A DNA stretch of 64,000 nt, taken from Candidatus Latescibacterota bacterium. GTDB taxonomy: Bacteria; Latescibacterota; UBA2968; UBA8231. Positions 29,762-39,046 of the stretch are shown in pieces. The notes below the pieces were generated by a model. It had not been told where the DNA came from and did no database searches. It saw nothing but the letters and a program-made list of their open reading frames with translations. Made by a program: the position numbers and the translations under genes. How positions within the stretch are numbered: the first letter of the stretch is position 1; each line of letters opens with the position of its first letter. The DNA lies in contig OZ252098.1 of the NCBI GenBank assembly GCA_965248355.1, positions 5,184,001 through 5,248,000 on the forward strand. Reading direction: 5' to 3'.

Positions 29762-30709
29762 ATGGCAAGCCAATTTCTCATCGATGGCGACCTCTTCGTT
29801 GAAGTGGTAGACAACAACGACGGAGGGGGGCTCTCGCAGAAACGGGTTGACGAACTCTATCGAGCGAACAAGGCGGGCCGCTTCGACGACATCGCCTTTC
29901 CATTTGAACGGGCCAACGGTTACAACGGGGTGCGCCAGCTCTACAGCCGACGCGGTCCACAGGAGAATATCTTCCGTTCAGGCTTGGCGAGCAGCCTCAA
30001 TTTCGAGTTCATCTATGACTGGACCGGCCGGTCGATGATTCCCCGTTGGCTTGGGGGCAAGCTCGGTACTCCGCCAACGCCGAGCCAACTCACCCGGCTC
30101 GGCGACAACTCGTTACAACTGACGACCTCCATCCCCGAACCGCGCCGCATTGAGGTCAGCACCACCTTCACCCTCGTTCCACCGCACTACATCGACCTGG
30201 AAACCACATGCGTGGCCCACCCCGGCGCCTTCGAGGGGGATTGGCTGGGGCTGTTCTGGGCGAGCTATATCCGAAAGCCCGAGGACAAGACTACCTGTTT
30301 CCTCGGCCGTCCAGAGGAAAAGGGTCCCGAAGAATGGACTGAATCGTTAGCGGAACAGCCAGCGGAGGGGCCCGTCTTTGCGAGTGAAGCGGATACCCTG
30401 GTCGAGGGTGAACCCGATCCGGCGGGGCGCTTGTTCCACAACATCCGCCCCGCCCGATACGTCCACCCGTTCTTCTACGGGCGCTGGCGCAACATGATGC
30501 TCGAGATGATGTTCAAGAGTTCCGAATCCCTTCGATTCGCGGTCGCGCCAGGAGGCGGCGGACTGACGAATCCTGCGTGGGACTTCTCCATCCTCATCAA
30601 GGATTGTCAGCCCTTGACCGAGTATACCTATAGTGCCCGCGTGGTCTTCAAGCCCTTTGTGAGCGGCGAAGACGCCTTGGAAGAGTACCGGAACTGGGCG
30701 GGCGATTAG
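29762..30709 (+). CDS. Hypothetical protein (possibly galactose-mutarotase-like fold)
   Basis: 315-aa ORF with GAGGGAG RBS; GYNG, LNFEFIYD, LFWASYI, NPAWDF blocks; fold call tentative. Confidence 0.7.
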   Translation: MASQFLIDGDLFVEVVDNNDGGGLSQKRVDELYRANKAGRFDDIAFPFERANGYNGVRQLYSRRGPQENIFRSGLASSLNFEFIYDWTGRSMIPRWLGGKLGTPPTPSQLTRLGDNSLQLTTSIPEPRRIEVSTTFTLVPPHYIDLETTCVAHPGAFEGDWLGLFWASYIRKPEDKTTCFLGRPEEKGPEEWTESLAEQPAEGPVFASEADTLVEGEPDPAGRLFHNIRPARYVHPFFYGRWRNMMLEMMFKSSESLRFAVAPGGGGLTNPAWDFSILIKDCQPLTEYTYSARVVFKPFVSGEDALEEYRNWAGD

Positions 30710-31713
30710 CCTCTTGCCTCCGCCAGCGAGACCGTCCTGTGCTCCCTGGCCGAGACCGAGACGGCTTCGGCGATCTCGACATCCAGCAGGGCGTCTTCCG
30801 GAGGATTGCGGGCCTCGATGCGGCCCTCCATGGCATCCAGAAAAGCGGCTGCCTGCCGGACAAACGGAGACGGCTCGCTCTCGAAGGTGCGAACCTCCGA
30901 ACAGCCCCCGCGAAAGACGGTAACTGAATCCTTGCCGGATGGGCTGTCGGCGTTGGGCAGGACTCCGCCCTCGGCGCAGATGAATCGCGGCTGTGGGTCC
31001 GGCATGCCCTCCGGGCCGACGTAACTGGCCGTGGCCGAAGCGAAGGCACCGTTCTCGAATCCGATCAGCGCCCCGCATGTCTCCTCCAGTACGCAACCGG
31101 GAGCCGTATTCCGCATCCGGTTGGCCATGGCGGAGACGGTGGTCGGCCGGCCGAGAATCCAGCGGACGGCATTGAGATAGCAGTAACTCATGTGGGTCAG
31201 CGGCATCCCCCCGCTCGCCTCCTGGTCATAGTACCAGCCGTCCGGGTCGGGGTTCCACAGGGCCATGGTCACGGCCATCACCGGCGCCCCCAGGTGCCCG
31301 CCCGCCACCAGGCGCCGGATCTCCTCCCAGGCAGGGTCGTAGCGGCGCTGGAACCCGGCCTCCACGATGCGACGGTTCCGGGCCGCCAGTTCGACAATAC
31401 GGCGCCCATTCTCCATGCTCGAAGCGAGACATCCGCCTACCAGGAGGTCGTAACCGGCCTCCAATGCCCAGAGGGAGACCTCGTCCTGAACGCGATGCGG
31501 AACCTCGATCAGGATCGCGTCCGGTCGGGCCTCCCCCAATCGGCGAAAGTCATCGCAGAAGACGCCGCACCCCAACTCGGCGGCGCAGCTCTCAGCGCGC
31601 TGCGCGCGCCGGGCGGCGACGCCGCAGATCTCCGCACGGCCGGTCTCCAGGAACGCCTTGCCCCGCGTCCGCGCCATGTTGCCGGCTCCCACGATCGCTA
31701 TTCGGTGTTTCAA
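30706..31713 (-). CDS. Gfo/Idh/MocA family oxidoreductase
   Basis: TTG start overlapping upstream TGA; IAIVGAGNMA, GFQRRYDP, SGG; the usual EKP motif is replaced by GGCL. Confidence 0.85.
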   Translation of the reverse strand: MKHRIAIVGAGNMARTRGKAFLETGRAEICGVAARRAQRAESCAAELGCGVFCDDFRRLGEARPDAILIEVPHRVQDEVSLWALEAGYDLLVGGCLASSMENGRRIVELAARNRRIVEAGFQRRYDPAWEEIRRLVAGGHLGAPVMAVTMALWNPDPDGWYYDQEASGGMPLTHMSYCYLNAVRWILGRPTTVSAMANRMRNTAPGCVLEETCGALIGFENGAFASATASYVGPEGMPDPQPRFICAEGGVLPNADSPSGKDSVTVFRGGCSEVRTFESEPSPFVRQAAAFLDAMEGRIEARNPPEDALLDVEIAEAVSVSAREHRTVSLAEARG

Positions 31714-32885
31714 GGGAAATAGCTGATGCGGTAGATGAGATCGGCCTGGTCGTCTGAGAGCAGCAGGGAACCGTCGGGCATGACGAGAACGTCCACCGGC
31801 CTGCCCCAGCTCGATTGCCCTTGGAGCCAGCCTTCGGCGAAGGGCTCGTAGCCGACCGCCTCGTTGCCGTCCAGCCGCACCAGAGTGAGGCGGTAGCCGA
31901 TCTTGCTGCTGCGATTCCAGGATCCGTGTTCGGCGATGAAGACCTGATTGCGGTACTCCTCCGGGAACATGGCGCCGGTATAGAAGCGCATTCCCAGGGC
32001 CGCCACGTGGGGGCCGAGATTCTGCACCGGCGCGACGAGCTCGCCGCACCCGCGCTTGTCGCCGAACTGAGAATCCGCGATGTCCCTGCCGTGGCAGTAG
32101 GGATAGCCGAAGTGCTGTCCTTCCGCGCTCAGTCTGTTCAGTTCGTCCGGTGGGGAATCGTCACCCAGCCAGTCTCGGCCGTTGTCGGTGAACCACAGTT
32201 CCCCGGTTTCCGGGTGCCAGTCGAAGCCGACGGTATTGCGAACCCCCCGCGCCAGGATGGTGAAGCTTCCACCGGAGTCCAACCTTCCGATGGACGCGTA
32301 GGGATCGCCAGCATCGCAGATGTTGCACGGCGCCCCGACCGGAACGTAGAGCAGGTCGTCGGGTCCGAAGCGGATGAACTTCCAGCCGTGATGGCCATCC
32401 GTGGGGAAACCGTCGTTGACGATCTCAGGCCGGGGTGGGTCGTCGAGGTTCGCTTCGATGTCGGGATAGCGCAGGATGCGGCTGATCTCGGCTACGTACA
32501 GGTCGCCGTCCTTGAAGGCGACCCCGTTGGGTGAGTTCAGGCCGCTGGCCAGGGTGATGACCCGCTCCGCCTTGTGGTCGCCGTCCTCGTCGCGCAGCGC
32601 GTACACCCGGCCCCTGGAGCGGGTGCCGACGAACAGGGTGCCGTCCGCTCCCAGGCTCAGGGAACGGGCGCCGTCTACCCCCGCGGCGTAGACGCGAATG
32701 TGGAATCCCTGCGGCAGCTCAATGCGGGCCAGGCGCGGGTCGCCGAGTGGCGGCGGCGGCTGCTGCGGCGGCGCCACTCCATCCGGCCCCACCCCGTCCC
32801 CGGTTCCCGAGGGCCCCTGGCAGGCGCAGATGACCGCCGCCAACCCGGCGAGAGAGGGGATCAATGACCTGACGCGGACATTCAT
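31710..32885 (-). CDS. PQQ-dependent glucose/sorbosone dehydrogenase family lipoprotein
   Basis: Lipobox ICAC; LPQGF, HHGWKFIRFGPD, GVRNTVGFDW, HVAALG, HGSWNRS, GRPVDV. Confidence 0.92.
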   Translation of the reverse strand: MNVRVRSLIPSLAGLAAVICACQGPSGTGDGVGPDGVAPPQQPPPPLGDPRLARIELPQGFHIRVYAAGVDGARSLSLGADGTLFVGTRSRGRVYALRDEDGDHKAERVITLASGLNSPNGVAFKDGDLYVAEISRILRYPDIEANLDDPPRPEIVNDGFPTDGHHGWKFIRFGPDDLLYVPVGAPCNICDAGDPYASIGRLDSGGSFTILARGVRNTVGFDWHPETGELWFTDNGRDWLGDDSPPDELNRLSAEGQHFGYPYCHGRDIADSQFGDKRGCGELVAPVQNLGPHVAALGMRFYTGAMFPEEYRNQVFIAEHGSWNRSSKIGYRLTLVRLDGNEAVGYEPFAEGWLQGQSSWGRPVDVLVMPDGSLLLSDDQADLIYRISYFP

Positions 32886-32967
32886 AACGGAAGCTCGACC
32901 GTCTGTCCCGGCGGCCCGAGCCGAGAGTATAGGACGTGGTTCACTATTCTGCCTATTGTTCTGCACC

Positions 32968-34287
32968 ATGAAGAATCTGAATCTACGTGTCCGCTACTTC
33001 CAGGACAGCACACCCGCTGATGTGCCGTGCCGCGAGACCGCGTTCATCCGTCGCGAGTTCGATATGCCGCTGGCGATCTCGGAGACCGCGCTGGTACTCG
33101 TCGACGTCTGGAACGTGCACTTCATCGAGAGCTGGATCGAACGCGCGGCGCGGATAACGACCGACGGCATTGTGCCGGTGCTGGACGCGGCCCGGCGGGT
33201 AGGCCTGACGATCGTGCATGCCCCCTCGCCGCCCGTAGCGGAGCGGTATCCGCAGCTCCAACGGCACAAGCCGCCCGAACCGTCGGCCCCCTCGACGTGG
33301 CCGCCTTCCGCTTTCCGAAGCCGGGAGGGCGACTATGCCGTCTATCGCGGTCCTCGCAGTCAACCACCGGGGATCGGCGTGCATTGGGACGAGCTCGCGC
33401 CGCAGCTCTCCGTCTCCCCTGCGATCGATGTGAAGCCCGAGGAGTTCGTGGTCGCCACAGGGCAGCAGTTGCATGAACTGCTGGAGGAGCGGCGCATCCT
33501 GCATCTGCTTTATGCTGGTTTCGCGACGAACTGGTGCGTGCTGGGAAGGGATTACGGCATTCGGGCCATGAAGCGGTATGGCTACAACATCGTGCTCCTC
33601 CGCGATGCCACAACGGGCGTGGAGTTTCCCGACACTTGCGATGACCTGCTCACAACGGAGATCTCCATTCGGGAAGTGGAGCAGCAGTACGGCTTCAGCG
33701 TATCGAACGCCGATTTCCTCGCAGCCATCGAGGCAGCACACCTGCCCATGGAAGCGCTGACGGCGGGACTGGCCAACATTCGTCAGTCGCCCAAGGCCAA
33801 GGGAGTATTGGAACTCATCGTGCGCAGGCCGCAGACGGAGACGCGGGAGGTCCTGGACGAGGGGGAACTCGATCCGGCCGAAGGACTGGTCGGCGACAAC
33901 TGGAAGCAGCGCGGCAGCTCGCAGACCGCAGATGGATCGGCGCACCCGGACATGCAACTCACGCTGACCAGTGTACGCCTGATGGCCCTGGTGGCGCCGG
34001 AAAGGCAGCGTTGGCCTCTGGCAGGGGATCAGCTGTACGTCGACCTGGACCTGAGTGTCGACAACGTGCCCCCCGGGACGCGTCTGTCCGTCGGCGAGGC
34101 CGTGATCCAGATCACGGAGCCGCCCCACACGGGCTGCAAGAAGTACGCCGCTCGCTTTGGGCTGGAGGCCCTGAGATTCATCAGCTCCCCGGAGGCCAAA
34201 CGGCTTCAGCTTCGCGGCGTCAACGCCAGGGTCATCCGCCCGGGGGCGATACGGGTTGGAGACGTCGTAAGGAAGCTGTCGAATTGA
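32968..34287 (+). CDS. Isochorismatase-family hydrolase fused to MOSC domain
   Basis: N-half TALVLVDVW, YAGFATNWCV, LLRDATT; C-half LELIVRRP, EGLVGDNW, AGDQLYVD, PHTGCKK, LRGVNARVIRPGAIRVGD. Confidence 0.85.
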   Translation: MKNLNLRVRYFQDSTPADVPCRETAFIRREFDMPLAISETALVLVDVWNVHFIESWIERAARITTDGIVPVLDAARRVGLTIVHAPSPPVAERYPQLQRHKPPEPSAPSTWPPSAFRSREGDYAVYRGPRSQPPGIGVHWDELAPQLSVSPAIDVKPEEFVVATGQQLHELLEERRILHLLYAGFATNWCVLGRDYGIRAMKRYGYNIVLLRDATTGVEFPDTCDDLLTTEISIREVEQQYGFSVSNADFLAAIEAAHLPMEALTAGLANIRQSPKAKGVLELIVRRPQTETREVLDEGELDPAEGLVGDNWKQRGSSQTADGSAHPDMQLTLTSVRLMALVAPERQRWPLAGDQLYVDLDLSVDNVPPGTRLSVGEAVIQITEPPHTGCKKYAARFGLEALRFISSPEAKRLQLRGVNARVIRPGAIRVGDVVRKLSN

Positions 34288-34289
34288 GA

Positions 34290-34470
34290 GCGGCCGGGGT
34301 CAAGGTGTCGGGGGCGACTCTGCTGCTCGCGCATTTCCTGGCGCATGGCCTGAAAATCACCCGCGCCACTGAACAATTCCGCCATCATCTGGCGCTGCTC
34401 GACGTATAGCGGCTTGAGCACCTCCCGCAGCGCGAGTATCTGCTTGTCGGTCACCTTGAGACCTGCTCCG
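34290..34470 (-). pseudogene. Possible fragment of a helical periplasmic (Spy/CpxP-like) protein
   Basis: LKVTDKQILALREVLKPLYVEQRQMMAEL...FQAMRQEMRE embedded in otherwise non-coding-looking sequence. Confidence 0.35.
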
Positions 34471-34761
34471 GGGCCACGCCGACCCCCATGCCGCCACGCC
34501 GGCCTCCTGGCTGGGCCTCGAGCACCGCGACGCCTGACAAGCAGAGGGCGACAGTCCATACAGCCATCGTGCGAATGCGCATCCTGTGGTTCTCCTTGCT
34601 GGGAGCTTGAGGGAGACTGCAGCGAATTGGACACTCCGTTCCCGCCTTTCATTCCACTGCCGTACCCTGGTCCGGGCGGAGCGCCTGGACTAATGTACTT
34701 CCTGTGTACTTCCTGCCGCTCACACCGACCTTCAGGACACCCGATCGTTCCTACCCCTCCG

Positions 34762-35301
34762 ATGGCACCGCTCCGACTTCTCTATCCGCTCGATGCCGCC
34801 TACAAGCACGCCGGCATCGATCCGCCGAGTGCGCGCGCTGTGGCAGCGGACGAGATTCCGCTGCCATACCGGTCGCTGCTGGTCCACGAGAACGACATGA
34901 CGGTCACCCTGGAGCGCCACCTCGGCGGGCGGATCGTGCTCCGGCCGCTCGGCGTCTTCACGCGGGGACGTTCCTACTTTCGGCGCGTCCTGCTGGTGCA
35001 TGAGGAGGCGGGGCAACCGGTGGAGATGGGGGCGATCCGGATGGAGCTCGACGCGTTCAACGCGACGCTCCGCAGGAAGATCCTCCAGAACGAGATTCCG
35101 CTCGGTCGGATCCTGCGGGACGGGGATGTCGACTACCGGAGCGTGCCGAAGGCGTTTCTGGCGATTACGCCGAACCCTGAAATAATGGGCGTATTCTGGA
35201 TGCGGCAGCCACGCCTGCTGTACGGCCGGCGGACCGAGATGCTCCGGGACGGCCGGAAGGTCGGTGACATCGTTGAAGTACTGCCGCAGGTGATCCGCTG
35301 A
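34762..35301 (+). CDS. Chorismate-lyase (UbiC)-like fold protein
   Basis: PYRSLLVHENDMTVTLE, RRVLL, IPLGRIL, YGRRT, IVEVLP; start uncertain. Confidence 0.7.
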   Translation: MAPLRLLYPLDAAYKHAGIDPPSARAVAADEIPLPYRSLLVHENDMTVTLERHLGGRIVLRPLGVFTRGRSYFRRVLLVHEEAGQPVEMGAIRMELDAFNATLRRKILQNEIPLGRILRDGDVDYRSVPKAFLAITPNPEIMGVFWMRQPRLLYGRRTEMLRDGRKVGDIVEVLPQVIR

Positions 35302-35344
35302 TGGCCGGCGCGATGGTGCGCTACGCGCGCTGGAGACGCGGTCG

Positions 35345-36307
35345 TTGCTCTCTGCGAGGAATCTTCCATTGGCCTGCACAGTAGATGAGAACTATCAAAG
35401 CAAGGCGCGCAAGCCTGACGACTTCGACGCCTTCTGGGATGACGTAAGAGCCCAGGTCGCCCGCGTCGAGCTCAACCCCAGGGTCGAGCCGGAACCGACG
35501 CGCTCGGACGACGAGGTCGAGGTGTTCCAGGCTTTCTACGACAGCATTGACAGCGTGAGAATAGCGGCCTGGTACTGCGTGCCGAGAGGAGAGCGAGGGC
35601 CGCTGCCAGCGATCATTGTAGTCCCCGGCTACCAGAGCGACCCGGGCATTCCCAAGGAGTGGGCGCGGCGGGGCTACGCCGTGCTGGGTGTGGCGCCACG
35701 GGGCAAGCTGCGCTCCAAAGGGCAGTTCGACCCCGGATATCCGGGTCTTCTGACCTATGGGATTGTGGACCGCAACGTGTATTCCTATCGGGGCTTCTAC
35801 GTGGACGCATGGCGCGGCGTCGACTTCCTGCTCTCCAGGGACGAGGTGGACTCCGGCAGGATCGGGGTCAGGGGAGGCAGCCAGGGTGGCGGGCTGACCC
35901 TGTGCACCGCCGCCATGCGCGACGAGATACGAGCCGCCGCCGCGGGAGCTCCGTACCTGACCGGGTTCATGGACGCCATCGAGCTTACCAGCACCTATCC
36001 GTACCAGGAGATCAACGACTATCTCAGGTTGCACCCATCCAGCCGGGAGCGGGTCGAGCGGACGCTGAACTACTTCGACTGCATCAACTTCGCGGATGGG
36101 ATCACCTGCCCCATCATCGTCAACATCGGGCTTCAGGACAACGTCTGCCCCCCTGAGACCGGCTATGCCCTCTTCCGAGGGATCGCGAGCCAGGACAAGC
36201 GACTCTACGCCTACGACGGAGAGGGACACAGCGCGGGTGGGCACGAACACGGGGCGATCGAGAGCGATTTCTTCGCCCGTCATCTTGGCCAGGGGGGATT
36301 CCAGTGA
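35345..36307 (+). CDS. Acetylxylan esterase / cephalosporin-C deacetylase (CE7)
   Basis: KPDDFDAFW, YRGFYVDAWRGVD, nucleophile GGSQGGG, GLQDNVCPP, GH; start uncertain. Confidence 0.9.
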   Translation: MLSARNLPLACTVDENYQSKARKPDDFDAFWDDVRAQVARVELNPRVEPEPTRSDDEVEVFQAFYDSIDSVRIAAWYCVPRGERGPLPAIIVVPGYQSDPGIPKEWARRGYAVLGVAPRGKLRSKGQFDPGYPGLLTYGIVDRNVYSYRGFYVDAWRGVDFLLSRDEVDSGRIGVRGGSQGGGLTLCTAAMRDEIRAAAAGAPYLTGFMDAIELTSTYPYQEINDYLRLHPSSRERVERTLNYFDCINFADGITCPIIVNIGLQDNVCPPETGYALFRGIASQDKRLYAYDGEGHSAGGHEHGAIESDFFARHLGQGGFQ

Positions 36308-37191
36308 CTGAATCCACATATTGGGAGGAGGTTGTGGCGGAACTGGACTCTACGCCAGCGGAGCCTGAAATCGAGGCGATACCGCTGAGGGAGACCGATT
36401 TCGCCACCTTGAGCGGCGTCCGCCTGACCAGCGTCGGCCCCTATCGGCTGTTCGGATACCTGAGCGTTCCGAAAGGAGACGGGCCGTTCCCGGCGATCTA
36501 CTGGCCGCCAAGGTACGCGAGCGTACTGGAGATCATCCCGCAGGGAACGGCGAACGCCGTCCGAGGCCGGTTCGTGACCTTCTCCTTGGCCGGCAGGGGC
36601 CAGCGCAACTCGGACAAGCCCTTCGCGGCGATGTTCCCTGGACTGCTTACCGAGGGGATCGGATCGCCGGCAACCTACGTATTCAGGGGGATAGCCGCCG
36701 ACGCGGTGCGCGGCCTGGAGTTCCTGAACTCGCTCGAGTTCGTTGACAAGACGCGGGTCGTCGCAATCGGCAACGATGTGGCCATGCAGACCCTCGCCCT
36801 GCGGCCGTGGGCCACCCACTTGGTGTGCACGCCCGCCCTGTTCCTCGATCCCCTCAATCTCGCGGAACGCACGCGGGGCTACCCTCTGGAAGAGTACAAC
36901 GACTTTCTGAGAAGCAATCCGTCAGAACGGAATTCAGTGGCGGGAACGCTGTCCCACTTCGACTTGCGCGCCTTCGCGCCCAGGGTAGGGGCGACCACCC
37001 TCATCATGGCGGGCGCTGAAGGCTCGATACTGGCACCGGAAGCGATTCGCCCCCTTGCCGAGACCATCAAAGGCGAGACGACGGTCTACGCCTCTCGGCA
37101 CTCCGGCTACAAGAACGGCCTGTACATGGAGAACTGGGTCGCGGAGAAGCTCGGACTCGACGCTCCGATCCTGCCGGAGCACTGGCGGTAG
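36304..37191 (+). CDS. CE7-like esterase paralog lacking the catalytic GxSxG motif
   Basis: GTGA overlap; GRGQR, FPGLLTEGI, YVFRGIAADAVRGLEFL, LSHFD align to upstream CE7; nucleophile elbow reads AIGNDVA. Confidence 0.8.
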   Translation: MTESTYWEEVVAELDSTPAEPEIEAIPLRETDFATLSGVRLTSVGPYRLFGYLSVPKGDGPFPAIYWPPRYASVLEIIPQGTANAVRGRFVTFSLAGRGQRNSDKPFAAMFPGLLTEGIGSPATYVFRGIAADAVRGLEFLNSLEFVDKTRVVAIGNDVAMQTLALRPWATHLVCTPALFLDPLNLAERTRGYPLEEYNDFLRSNPSERNSVAGTLSHFDLRAFAPRVGATTLIMAGAEGSILAPEAIRPLAETIKGETTVYASRHSGYKNGLYMENWVAEKLGLDAPILPEHWR

Positions 37192-37212
37192 GCCCACCGA
37201 CCGGCCGGCCCC

Positions 37213-38784
37213 TCAATAGGGGTTGGAGGGCATCAGCTCCCAGGCGTTGGCGCTGGCCACGCGAGCCTCGCCGCCTTCGGCGAACACCCGCACCCCGCGG
37301 CCGCCGAGCGTGGGATACACGGCCCGCGCCAGGGCCTGGCGTTCGTTGGCGTAGACCTCGACGATGGAGCGGTCCACGAAGATCCGCAGGCGCAGGGGCT
37401 CGCCCGCCGGCAGCTCCAGGGGACCGGCCTCCACCACCTTGCGGCCGAAGCCGAGGCTGCTGCGGGTGGTGTCGCACTGAAGCTCGCCGGCCTCGGCGTC
37501 GTAGAGCAGGGTGGTCTGCTCGCGGCCGTCCTCCGAGCAGCAGACGCGCACGCCGCAGCGCTTCGCCGATCCCGCCTCCATGGTGATCTCCAGTTCCATC
37601 AGCTCCCGGCCGAAGTCCTCCAGCTCGATCTCCCCGCCGGCGCTTACCGTGAAGGATCCCCTCGAGCGGTGCCGCTGGCGCAGCAGGGCCAGCTCCTCCA
37701 CCGGGGCCATGCGCAGGCCGCCGTCGTCGCCGAGCCACAGGGAGCGGGGCAGCCCGTACATGCCGTTCCAGCCGCTGGGACGCCACACCTCCTCGGGCCG
37801 GTCGTCGAAGATCCAGGCCCACATGATCTGGCGGCCCTGCCCGTCGATGAGGGCCTCGGGGGCGAAGTAGGCGTTGTCGCACCAGGTCATGCGGCCGTGG
37901 CGCTGCGGCCGGAAGCGGTCGCCGGAGGTGTCGTAGGTGCCGATGTAGTACTGGCATCCCTTGTTGTGGGAGATGAACAGCAGCAGGTGCCGGCCGCTCG
38001 CCTCGCCGCCGCTCTCGTTCGACGGCAGGGGCAGGAAGCTGGGGCACATGTTGTCCTCGCTGCGGTCCGTCCACTCCCGCCGCGACTCGTAGAAGGGGTG
38101 CAGGTACTCCCAGCGCTCCAGGTCGTCGGAGACGAACAGGTAGAGGCGGTCCCCCTGCTGCTCCGGCGGGGAGTCGTCGGCGCGGCCGAGCTTGTCGAGG
38201 ACCTGCAGGTTGCCGGTGAGCAGGTACCAGCGGCCGTTCTTCCTCCAGATCTGCGAGGGATCGGAGGAGCCGTAGACCAGCGGCCGCCCTTGGGCGTCCA
38301 CGGTCTCGGTCAGCCCCCGGCCGGTGGAGGCGATCACCGGGTTGGCGGCGCTCTTGGTCCAGGTGTCGTAGTGCTCGTCGTCGGAGAAGGCCAGGCAGAT
38401 GCCGCGCTCCTCCCAGAGCCCCCAGTAGGAGAGGACGGCGCGGCCGTCGCCGTCGACGAAGGCGCCGCCGCTGAAGCAGCCCACGTCGCCCTCGCCGGGG
38501 CCGATGGCGTACGGGTGGTGGCGCCAGTGCAGCAGGTCGGCGCTCGAGACGTGCCCCCAGACGTAGCCGAGATCGGCGTGGTTGTAGAGGTACATCAGGT
38601 GGTAGCGGCCGTTGGCGTAGAAGGCGCCGTTCGGGTCCCCGGGGTGGCCGTTGTCCTCGGGGATGGTGAAGTGGTACCCGGGCCGGTGCGGGTCGGCGAG
38701 CATGCGGTAGCGCAGCTCCCGCGCCGCGTGCAGGACGCGGTCGTCGGCCGGCTGGTCGGCGGTGTAGCGGCTGGGCTCGGTCAT
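37213..38784 (-). CDS. Glycoside hydrolase family 32-like protein
   Basis: GGAGGA RBS; RPGYHF, GDPNG, WGHVSSADLLHW, CFSGGA, SDP, CP, LRIFVDRSIVEVY. Confidence 0.9.
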   Translation of the reverse strand: MTEPSRYTADQPADDRVLHAARELRYRMLADPHRPGYHFTIPEDNGHPGDPNGAFYANGRYHLMYLYNHADLGYVWGHVSSADLLHWRHHPYAIGPGEGDVGCFSGGAFVDGDGRAVLSYWGLWEERGICLAFSDDEHYDTWTKSAANPVIASTGRGLTETVDAQGRPLVYGSSDPSQIWRKNGRWYLLTGNLQVLDKLGRADDSPPEQQGDRLYLFVSDDLERWEYLHPFYESRREWTDRSEDNMCPSFLPLPSNESGGEASGRHLLLFISHNKGCQYYIGTYDTSGDRFRPQRHGRMTWCDNAYFAPEALIDGQGRQIMWAWIFDDRPEEVWRPSGWNGMYGLPRSLWLGDDGGLRMAPVEELALLRQRHRSRGSFTVSAGGEIELEDFGRELMELEITMEAGSAKRCGVRVCCSEDGREQTTLLYDAEAGELQCDTTRSSLGFGRKVVEAGPLELPAGEPLRLRIFVDRSIVEVYANERQALARAVYPTLGGRGVRVFAEGGEARVASANAWELMPSNPY

Positions 38785-39046
38785 CGGCGGTCCTCCGGCC
38801 GAAAAGCTGGCGTCCGCGCCGGGCGGCGTCCACGTGGCGCCGCTGCCCGGGGGAGCCGCGCACCTGGACGCGTCCACCGGGGCGCCGCTCCTCCGCGGCC
38901 CGGGAGCGGTGGCCCGGGCAGGTCCACAGGCGCGCCATCGCTGCGTCCCAGGGGCGGACGGTCTCTCCGCCGTCCGGAGGTTGCCCCGGGCGGGCCTCTT
39001 TCCGCTTGATTCATCCGGCGCCTCCAGACAACGCGGAGAAAATCAG

